Below are positions 55,059 to 62,284 of a stretch of DNA of 64,000 nt, piece by piece. Position 1 is the first letter of the stretch. Each line of letters begins with the position of its first letter. Origin of the DNA: a phage. The stretch lies in assembly GCA_025284135.1 (NCBI GenBank), contig GCA_025284135.1_3646.1, one strand, 5' to 3'. The notes beneath the pieces were generated by a model. That model saw nothing but the letters and a program-made list of their open reading frames with translations, was not told where the DNA came from and did not search any database. Position numbers and translations under genes: made by a program.

Positions 55059-56540
55059 TTACTTAGCGTACTCGATTAATTCCACAGTTTTCCCAAAGCT
55101 CGGGATATAATTTTTATTATACCCTTCGGTGAGAACCCACAAAGTATCGTACTTTTTCCACTTGTTGTCAACAGCCTTTTGTTCAAAGTTATGCTCAAAG
55201 TATAGGTCGGTCAGGACGATGACATCTTTTGCATTCGGTATGTTGGCATCCAAATACTCGAACACGCAAGCAGCTGTTGTGCCCCATGTTGAGTGGACCT
55301 CATAGTTGATCATCTCGTCTATGTTGCCGCGAGTATATACTTTAACCTCTCCGACTTCAGTTGACCAACAGAACATTGTAACCTTAAACTCTTTATACAG
55401 GTTGCACAATCCGGTGATTTCATTGAACATTTTCTTTAAAGTTCTTTGAGAGATCGAGCCAGAAACGTCTAAAGCCACCACAATATCTATAGTGTTTTCC
55501 GGATTACGACCCGGAACAATAACGTGTTGGTTCTTGTTTATAGCTCCAACTTTTCGCATTGTGCTGGTCAAAGACCCAGATCGGCGACCAGGTTTTCTGT
55601 AGGTCAGTTCGGCCTTTCGTTTAGACAACATGCGTTGCTTGATGATGTCTATATAATTGATTACAGGCTTACCTCTGTTCTTGACAAACTCACGAACCGC
55701 CTCAGGGCAACGACCTCCGGAAGCTTGCATTGCTGCCTCCAGCATGTCACCAGAGTCCTGCATGGCCTGATCTTTATCAGATTGGCTGATTACAGGTTGT
55801 GGCTGATCATACCCCATAGCCTTTCCAAGATCATCACTAGTGCCACCGTTCCCACTCATGTGATCATCGGTTTGTCGCTTATCACCTTGAGAGTTCTCAC
55901 CTTTACCGTTCTTACTTTTACCGTTATTTTGATCTCTTTGCTTATCAAGAACTGCATAAACGTTCTCAGCAATCCATCCATGAAACTTCATGTCGCAGTA
56001 GCAGCTGGCTAAGAAGCCAAAAGGCTTACCTTTTACGAACGTAGTGCTTTTCCCTTTTGGGAAGAAAACACAAGGAGGCTTGCTAAAGTCAACCACAAGG
56101 CCTGTGTTGATGACGTGATCACAAGCAATGTTGAACAGTTCCGGTTCAAAGCTTTTACCACGGACCAGGTGATCACAGATAATATGTCCCACCTCATGTG
56201 ACAGAAGAAAGGCCACCTCTTTCACAGATTTGGGGGAATAGAAAACCTCAGCCATCTCAAACTGCCCGTCAGTTAGAGAAGCCTTAAGAATAGCCTTGCG
56301 TTCATCAGCCAACCCCATAATGAACTCAGGACTGTAATAGATGCGTTTATGGTCGGTTGCCATGGTGGAGCACCATGTGTGGTTTTCTACGAACTGCAAC
56401 CCTGACAGTAGCGTGCCATAAAACGGCAGCTTTTCAAGAAGATACATACGTGCAGCTTGCAACATTCTCAGGGCATCATCTTTCTGTGAGGCAATGATTT
56501 CTGAACTTCTGCTATCCATTAAAACTCCAGAAGGGGCCAT
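55059..56540 (-). CDS. vWA-domain protein with N-terminal HExxH metallopeptidase-like domain
   Basis: HExxH in LLSHEVGHIICDHL; MIDAS motif D-x-S-G-S in VVALDVSGSIS; low-complexity acidic/Gly linker between domains. Confidence 0.7.
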   Translation of the reverse strand: MAPSGVLMDSRSSEIIASQKDDALRMLQAARMYLLEKLPFYGTLLSGLQFVENHTWCSTMATDHKRIYYSPEFIMGLADERKAILKASLTDGQFEMAEVFYSPKSVKEVAFLLSHEVGHIICDHLVRGKSFEPELFNIACDHVINTGLVVDFSKPPCVFFPKGKSTTFVKGKPFGFLASCYCDMKFHGWIAENVYAVLDKQRDQNNGKSKNGKGENSQGDKRQTDDHMSGNGGTSDDLGKAMGYDQPQPVISQSDKDQAMQDSGDMLEAAMQASGGRCPEAVREFVKNRGKPVINYIDIIKQRMLSKRKAELTYRKPGRRSGSLTSTMRKVGAINKNQHVIVPGRNPENTIDIVVALDVSGSISQRTLKKMFNEITGLCNLYKEFKVTMFCWSTEVGEVKVYTRGNIDEMINYEVHSTWGTTAACVFEYLDANIPNAKDVIVLTDLYFEHNFEQKAVDNKWKKYDTLWVLTEGYNKNYIPSFGKTVELIEYAK

Positions 56541-56552
56541 TGGCCCCTGTCA

Positions 56553-57530
56553 TTATTTAACGTGTTTGAAAATACCTGCCAACTCGGTCATTGTCATGCG
56601 GGTGGTCTTCATAAGATCTGTCATAGCTTTCTCCATAATTGGAGATACTACCATAAAGTTTCCTTTAGTGAAACCTTTATTCCAGTCGGTCACCAACAGT
56701 GGTTTAAGTCCAGCTCCGAGACGTTCACCAGTTAAAGCACAGCATTTGCGAATATACGAACTCTTAAATTGGCTGAACGACAGATCAACTTTCATACCTG
56801 CATCGTAGAACGTTTGACAATAGAAAGTGTAAGCCTTAGCAATCTCAACATCATCAGGCAGTGCAGGAACTTCTTCTGCAATACCCTCTTCGACCTCCTG
56901 AGGATCTTTTTCCTCTTCAGAGTTCTGTTCTTCAATTTCTTCTGTCACAGTCTCGTTTACGATGTCTGAAATGTGTTTGTTGGCTGCACGATCAGCCATG
57001 AAATTTTTAAAGTCCTGCATTGGTGACATATCTTCCTCCTCTTCGTCAAATAGTGCTAGTTTATCTTCTTCTGTCCCGTATTGCAAGATGAAATCTTCAA
57101 AAGTATAATCACCTTTCAATTTCTCCATACGCTCTTCGCTCAGGTGGAGCATCATCTGCTGGACAATTTTTCGATCAGTTTTGTCTTTTATCAAGATTGC
57201 AGTCTTTTTATCTACCAGACAGTCCTTCAGAGCGTTGCACCTCAATCCCACCACACAACAATTATCAATTGAGTAAGGACCTTCATCATCTATCCGCTCC
57301 AGAGATGGATAGAAAGGATTTCCCAGCCCGTTTTCATCTGTGTGCATGTCAAAAGGTATAAGGGTGTAATCGCACACTCCATCTCCTAAAAGTTTTTTAC
57401 CAAATAGGAGGTATTCTTCCCATGACAGGTTGAACTCTATATCCCGTTTCCGTGCATTATTCTGTTTGCGTCTATATTTTTTGAGCAGGCGCTCTAACTC
57501 TTCTGGTGTATAATATTTTTCAAGATTCAT
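56553..57530 (-). CDS. hypothetical protein with acidic linker and two degenerate HNH_3-like segments (start moved to ATG at 57530)
   Basis: Track start 57596 would overlap the promoter; segments SLERIDDEGPYSIDNCCVV and LVTDWNKGFTKGNFMVV; acidic stretch EEEEDMSPMQDF...EEIEEQNSEEEKDPQEVEE. Confidence 0.45.
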   Translation of the reverse strand: MNLEKYYTPEELERLLKKYRRKQNNARKRDIEFNLSWEEYLLFGKKLLGDGVCDYTLIPFDMHTDENGLGNPFYPSLERIDDEGPYSIDNCCVVGLRCNALKDCLVDKKTAILIKDKTDRKIVQQMMLHLSEERMEKLKGDYTFEDFILQYGTEEDKLALFDEEEEDMSPMQDFKNFMADRAANKHISDIVNETVTEEIEEQNSEEEKDPQEVEEGIAEEVPALPDDVEIAKAYTFYCQTFYDAGMKVDLSFSQFKSSYIRKCCALTGERLGAGLKPLLVTDWNKGFTKGNFMVVSPIMEKAMTDLMKTTRMTMTELAGIFKHVK

Positions 57531-57561
57531 GAGTTGTCTCTTGTGCTCTGTAGGTGAAGAA

Positions 57562-57590
57562 ATCTTATCAAGTGCCTCAACAGATGTCAA
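57562..57590 (-). promoter_or_regulatory. sigma70-like promoter (minus strand) TTGACA-N17-TAAGAT
   Basis: Reverse complement of about 57562-57590 reads TTGACATCTGTTGAGGCACTTGATAAGAT. Confidence 0.45.
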
Positions 57591-57603
57591 CCTCAAAAAC
57601 GTG

Positions 57604-57632
57604 TTGACTTTACCCTAAATCCACGATATAGT
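57604..57632 (+). promoter_or_regulatory. sigma70-like promoter TTGACT-N17-TATAGT
   Basis: Near-consensus hexamers with 17-nt spacer, back-to-back with the minus-strand promoter. Confidence 0.5.
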
Positions 57633-57672
57633 GCACCCATTCGAAAGAAAACGAACACAGGAGTACTTAATC

Positions 57673-58584
57673 ATGGCAAATCTTAACAGCTTTAGCACTC
57701 GGTGGAAACAAGATATCACAACCAATCTCTCAGCAGGCGATATCCTTTCTGCAATTTACGAGGCTTTGGATGATAAAGCTACTTCAAAAGCGGTTTGTAC
57801 CAACCCACTAATTCCTGTAGTGATGAAGGTTATTGAGCGTAGATTGGTATCTGGGTCTGATAAGTGGACATATTTAGATAATGAAGGACACACCTATTCC
57901 AATGGGTACGTCGATATAAAAGTAGAATACGCGGTATCATACCGCCGGAGCGGTTCTGTAACTTTCAACTTCTCTGGAGGTTTTCGATCTCTGGCTACCT
58001 CACCTTTTGTTTCCTCAGAGGAGAAGTATGAGCTTCCATTTCTTTGGATGATGGCTAACGCGACAGGAAAAACCCCCGTTAGCATCCGAGTAAAATACAA
58101 CTACAACGGATCTAGTAAGATCTATGCCGAGAGTGTCTCAGCAAGTTTTTATTTTGTGATGGGGGATGGAATCCTCAAACATATAAAGATGTGCGATATG
58201 CATGATGTTATAAATGAAGTGACTGATAAGAATGTTCTGGTGAAGGATCTCAACAATTTTTATACACCCGGAGACTATTACGTCAGCCGTCCACTGTGCA
58301 TCTTTAATGCCGCACACCCTCTAGGTGAGTATTTGATCGCCAATAGCGATATTGCCAATAACCGCTTCGAGGTAGCAAGAGTACAGAATGAGGTATTGAC
58401 ATCTTGCAAGAGCGGTGATAAGTTTACCGAAGAAGAGATGGGTGTTTTAGAAATGATGGGATATAAGTGTAGCCTTTGGGTAGATGAGGTGTTTAATGAT
58501 TGCATCTATGGACAGGATATTTACCCATTAAAGAAGTATACTGATTCCAGTTTAATATTTGACTATGATGAAGTCATGTGGTAG
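57673..58584 (+). CDS. hypothetical protein (304 aa; start moved to ATG 57673)
   Basis: Track GTG start 57631 lies inside the -10 element; ATG 57673 has AGGAG RBS at 9-nt spacing. Confidence 0.5.
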   Translation: MANLNSFSTRWKQDITTNLSAGDILSAIYEALDDKATSKAVCTNPLIPVVMKVIERRLVSGSDKWTYLDNEGHTYSNGYVDIKVEYAVSYRRSGSVTFNFSGGFRSLATSPFVSSEEKYELPFLWMMANATGKTPVSIRVKYNYNGSSKIYAESVSASFYFVMGDGILKHIKMCDMHDVINEVTDKNVLVKDLNNFYTPGDYYVSRPLCIFNAAHPLGEYLIANSDIANNRFEVARVQNEVLTSCKSGDKFTEEEMGVLEMMGYKCSLWVDEVFNDCIYGQDIYPLKKYTDSSLIFDYDEVMW

Positions 58585-58837
58585 TGTATATTATGTTGGT
58601 GAGAATGTTCAGGCAGATAGTGTGTGGAAATCCATTAAGTCCACCACCGATGATGCCTTTCTGAGCGGGTTATGCTTTCCCAGCCCAGGGGACACTCTCC
58701 CTTACCCTGGAGATTTTGTTGTCAACAAGATGGACGGTTATACCGTGTGCCTGATGGTTGAAAAAATCTTTTTAGACACTAGACACAATCACCGTCTTGT
58801 GTTAAAATTTCAAGAATGTAAAATGACAATTGCCTAA
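58559..58837 (+). CDS. hypothetical small protein
   Basis: ORF overlapping upstream gene by about 26 nt; start uncertain. Confidence 0.3.
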   Translation: MTMMKSCGSVYYVGENVQADSVWKSIKSTTDDAFLSGLCFPSPGDTLPYPGDFVVNKMDGYTVCLMVEKIFLDTRHNHRLVLKFQECKMTIA

Positions 58838-58850
58838 GGAGACCTTGCCG

Positions 58851-59207
58851 ATGTCTAAAGTTACTTATCGTGCAGCTATTTACTGCAATGAACACCCAAT
58901 CTATAATGATGGTCACTGCCTTTTTAAAGAAAATCAATTGGGCTGTATTGTCCTCCCTGATGAAGGTGAAGGTTATCTGATTGCGTTGACAGGGTTTGAA
59001 CCTGAAGCTCTGGAAGCCAATCTTGACTACCTGGTAGAAGAGGGTGCTGCAGACCTGGTTGCCAATGGCCTATCCGTAAGCCTTGATGAAGTGGAGCGCT
59101 TCATGGGCAATTACCGTGTAGTGCGTGAGTTTACTATCGAGGTGGAAACTCCAGAGTGGGGTAGCACTGAAACTAATGCCGAAGAAAAAGAAGAGGAGGT
59201 AGAATAA
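58851..59207 (+). CDS. small acidic protein (start moved to ATG 58851)
   Basis: AAGGAG RBS; C-terminus EEKEEEVE whose codons contain the RBS of the next gene. Confidence 0.4.
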   Translation: MSKVTYRAAIYCNEHPIYNDGHCLFKENQLGCIVLPDEGEGYLIALTGFEPEALEANLDYLVEEGAADLVANGLSVSLDEVERFMGNYRVVREFTIEVETPEWGSTETNAEEKEEEVE

Positions 59208-59464
59208 TGAAAGTGCAGATCTTGACTAATGCCGAGAAGATGTTTATTGAAGATACACCTTTTGAAGCTGGTGAGCTACAGTTCGTTTATTTTGTTGACT
59301 TAGATAAGGTGTTCCCTGCACTGAATCTGGGTCTGGATGAAGTTCCTCATAAGGTTTTGTGCCAAGTTGTTCGTGCCTTAGCGGCAGAGGGGGAGTTCCA
59401 CACCCTTCAAGATATCCAGACCTACGGGTATCTTGAACTACAACGAGAAGAAGAGGTGGACTGA
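59207..59464 (+). CDS. small acidic protein (85 aa)
   Basis: RBS GAGGAGG embedded in upstream coding sequence; C-terminus REEEVD. Confidence 0.45.
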   Translation: MKVQILTNAEKMFIEDTPFEAGELQFVYFVDLDKVFPALNLGLDEVPHKVLCQVVRALAAEGEFHTLQDIQTYGYLELQREEEVD

Positions 59465-59466
59465 TA

Positions 59467-59847
59467 ATGGCTCAGTGGAAGACAACAGTTGACCTTCATG
59501 ATCAGTGGTTAGGACGCATCACTGAAGACGGGAAGTTAGTTGAGTGGGACAATAAGCATGTTAGCGAGTTGGCAAGTATTGTGGCTGGCAAGTTACGATC
59601 CAAGTTCCCTGAACAACTGGATCCTGATAGTTCAAAGTTCGATCCTGAGTTGGAGGATGTTGTATACTACTTCGACACCGTGGATGACTACGATGCGTGG
59701 TTTGCAGCACGGGAGCTTTACCCACAAGGATCTGCTATGCGCCAGATGGAAGAAGATTATCCTCCGTGCGAGCAATTCAATAGTGCAATGACTTGCCTCT
59801 ACGATTGGGCAGATAAGAACCTTGTCTGGATTCGGACTGCATTTTAG
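59467..59847 (+). CDS. hypothetical acidic protein (126 aa)
   Basis: ORF; RBS within upstream EEEVD codons. Confidence 0.45.
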   Translation: MAQWKTTVDLHDQWLGRITEDGKLVEWDNKHVSELASIVAGKLRSKFPEQLDPDSSKFDPELEDVVYYFDTVDDYDAWFAARELYPQGSAMRQMEEDYPPCEQFNSAMTCLYDWADKNLVWIRTAF

Positions 59848-59891
59848 TGGGCAGGAATGGCGGCAAGGATGCTGCTTAAGGAGTAGTAGAG

Positions 59892-60161
59892 ATGTTATAC
59901 CAGCAATATGAACTTCGTGCAGAAAAAGAGTTAAATTTTGACAAAGATATTCACAGATATTATTATGGGAAAGTTAGAGGGCAAGCAAGAAAGTGTACTC
60001 CAACACTCTTTTATGCCAGCAGACGACTAGCGCCAGAAGAGGCAACAGCAGAAAGGGTTGCGTACAACTGGAGAGTCACGTATGATATTGACAGATCCGA
60101 TGTGATATCTGTTTTGGAAAACTTTGAAAACACTTACACACAAGTAGAGGACTTTTACTAA
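59892..60161 (+). CDS. hypothetical protein (89 aa)
   Basis: ORF with AAGGAG RBS. Confidence 0.45.
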   Translation: MLYQQYELRAEKELNFDKDIHRYYYGKVRGQARKCTPTLFYASRRLAPEEATAERVAYNWRVTYDIDRSDVISVLENFENTYTQVEDFY

Positions 60162-61345
60162 TGTCAAGAAACGTATTTGAAAGTGGTCAAATCACTGTCC
60201 GTGAGTTGCCAGCTATCATTCAGTTTGCCCAGCGTCATAACCGATCTGTCCTGATTTTAGGACCAATGGGCGTGGGAAAGAGCCGGGTGATGAAGCAGAT
60301 CGCAGACAATATGTTCGGTGAGCGAGATGACAACTTGGTTGACGTGCGGTTGTCAGATAAAGATCCTGCCGACTTATCTGGGCTACCTATCCCTGTAGAA
60401 GCGGATGGAACTACACGTACAGTGTTTGCAATTCCAGAATTTTGGCCTGCGGATCCTGACTGGAGCGGAATTATCTTTCTGGATGAGCTCACTCATGCAG
60501 ATAACTACCTGCAAAAGGTTGCAATGCAAATTATGCTCGACCACAAGTGCGGTACCTATGCATTCCCTAAAGGTTCTGTTTTTGTGGCTGCTGGTAACCG
60601 TTCTACAGATGGTGCGGTTCTTTCGGCGCTCGAAGCCCCTCTGGCTAACCGTTTTATCATTGTAGAAGTTACAAGCAATGCAGAGGTGTTTATTGAGGAC
60701 TACGCATTCCTTAATGGGGTGCATTCCTCTGTAATTGGATATCTGAAAAGAGTTCCATCAGCTATCGATAATTATGAGGCTATGGCTGAGATTAATTGTC
60801 CATCTTTTGCCACACCGCGATCTTGGGTTGCTGCATCTGATATCTTGCACGATTTTGACAGCGGCATTATTTCTGACGCTATGGCCCGTGTTCTTCTGCA
60901 AGGTGCTATTGGTCACACTGCAGCGGTAGAGATCTGGACTTACCACACCAAGAAACGCAACTTACCGGAAATCGGTCGGATTATGGCAGGAGGTTGCAAA
61001 GAATATGTAGGTCCTAAACAGCCAGACATCTTGTGGATTCTTGGATCTGAAGGTTGTATCGCTATTCGTAATATGATGGAAAATGCAAGTATCTCCGACG
61101 AAGATCTTGTTAGCTGTGTGGCAAACTTCCTCGATTTCCTTTGGGGAAACTTCAAGGATGAGAACCGAGATTTTGTATTCTCAGTCTTTATGGCGATGAT
61201 GAAACCTAATGCCTTAGGAAATGCCTTGCTTATCGGTAAAGGTCGTGACAAGATTGTTGCTCAGCTGATCAAAGCATACCCAAACCTGATGAAGATTGTA
61301 AAAGAGTTTGGTGAAGAGTTTAGCGCCATTTTGGCTAAAGCTTAA
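60161..61345 (+). CDS. MoxR-like AAA+ ATPase
   Basis: Walker A LILGPMGVGKS, Walker B IIFLDELTHA, sensor-1-like VFVAAGNRS, Arg in ALEAPLANRF. Confidence 0.7.
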   Translation: MSRNVFESGQITVRELPAIIQFAQRHNRSVLILGPMGVGKSRVMKQIADNMFGERDDNLVDVRLSDKDPADLSGLPIPVEADGTTRTVFAIPEFWPADPDWSGIIFLDELTHADNYLQKVAMQIMLDHKCGTYAFPKGSVFVAAGNRSTDGAVLSALEAPLANRFIIVEVTSNAEVFIEDYAFLNGVHSSVIGYLKRVPSAIDNYEAMAEINCPSFATPRSWVAASDILHDFDSGIISDAMARVLLQGAIGHTAAVEIWTYHTKKRNLPEIGRIMAGGCKEYVGPKQPDILWILGSEGCIAIRNMMENASISDEDLVSCVANFLDFLWGNFKDENRDFVFSVFMAMMKPNALGNALLIGKGRDKIVAQLIKAYPNLMKIVKEFGEEFSAILAKA

Positions 61346-61354
61346 GGAGGTTGT

Positions 61355-61735
61355 ATGGCTAAAGTAGGTAAGCGGGGAAACTACCTAGTGGTATTGACCG
61401 AGGAGCCCGAGAAGGAGTACGAATGCAGCTCCACTTGCGTGATCGATATCCGAGAAAAAGATGTAGATGAAATCTGGTTTGAAATATTGGACGCTTGCGA
61501 TAGCAGTGATTATTTCTTCATCTATGTCAACGATAAGGCTGGGTTCTTCCATGACGACGGAGAGTTGCCGTATGAAATCTATGAACTTGTAGAGGCTTGC
61601 CATCGTGGAGATGCGGAGTTGTTTGGCTTACGGCTGAAAAGCGGTAAATTCTTCTATCAAGATGAGTGCATGAATCTTCATAACTTTGTAGAGGGAACTT
61701 GCAACGATGGAGAGATTCTGGCACACTACGATTAA
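61355..61735 (+). CDS. hypothetical Cys-containing acidic protein (126 aa)
   Basis: ORF with AAGGAGG RBS; followed by terminator. Confidence 0.45.
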   Translation: MAKVGKRGNYLVVLTEEPEKEYECSSTCVIDIREKDVDEIWFEILDACDSSDYFFIYVNDKAGFFHDDGELPYEIYELVEACHRGDAELFGLRLKSGKFFYQDECMNLHNFVEGTCNDGEILAHYD

Positions 61736-61743
61736 TTTCTAAG

Positions 61744-61772
61744 ACCACCCCGCTTCGGCGGGGATTTTCTAT
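61744..61772 (+). terminator. rho-independent terminator (CGCTTCGGCG family)
   Basis: CCCCGC-TTCG-GCGGGG followed by ATTTTCTATTT. Confidence 0.6.
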
Positions 61773-61783
61773 TTGGAGTTATT

Positions 61784-62284
61784 GTGAAAATTAAGATCTT
61801 TGCTATTATTTTGAGCGCATTTTTATCGCTGCCTGTTGTTGCAGCACCAAAACAAAAAGTATACCATACTTGCAAGCCATCAGATACTAAGGAAAACATT
61901 CTAGCATGCAATATCTACAGGGAAGCTAGAGGAGATGGCACGATGGGTATGCTGGCATCTGGGTTTGCCACCCTAAACAGAAAATCTCATCCCAAATACC
62001 CAGACACTATAAGAAAGATTGTCTACCAACCTAATCAGTTTTCGTGGACAAACTACGGCAAAACTTTTAAGGTGACAGAAAAAGATTCATGGGATCACGC
62101 TAAAAGTCTTGCAAAGATGCTTCTAAAGGTCTATAATAACAACCATGTTGCATACATGGCTATGGATATAACAGGTGGAGCAACACACTACCATACAACC
62201 AAAGTACGACCGAAATGGGCAAAAAAGATGCAGAGGACAGCTCAATTCGGGAGCCATATCTACTACAAGGAGCGCAATAAATGA
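61784..62284 (+). CDS. secreted SleB/CwlJ-type cell-wall hydrolase (endolysin candidate)
   Basis: Signal peptide MKIKIFAIILSAFLSLPVVAAP; hydrolase motifs NIYREARGDG, ATLNR, YPDTIRKIVYQPNQFSW. Confidence 0.65.
   Translation: MKIKIFAIILSAFLSLPVVAAPKQKVYHTCKPSDTKENILACNIYREARGDGTMGMLASGFATLNRKSHPKYPDTIRKIVYQPNQFSWTNYGKTFKVTEKDSWDHAKSLAKMLLKVYNNNHVAYMAMDITGGATHYHTTKVRPKWAKKMQRTAQFGSHIYYKERNK

Noticed and set aside
57596-57631. Track start codons for ORFs 56553-57596 (minus) and 57631-58584 (plus)
   Set aside because: Both non-ATG starts fall inside the -35/-10 promoter elements; downstream ATGs at 57530 (minus) and 57673 (plus) have better context.
59180-59470. C-terminal EEVD-like motifs as chaperone-docking signals
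   Set aside because: The same nucleotides form the Shine-Dalgarno sequences of the downstream genes, which explains the motif more simply.
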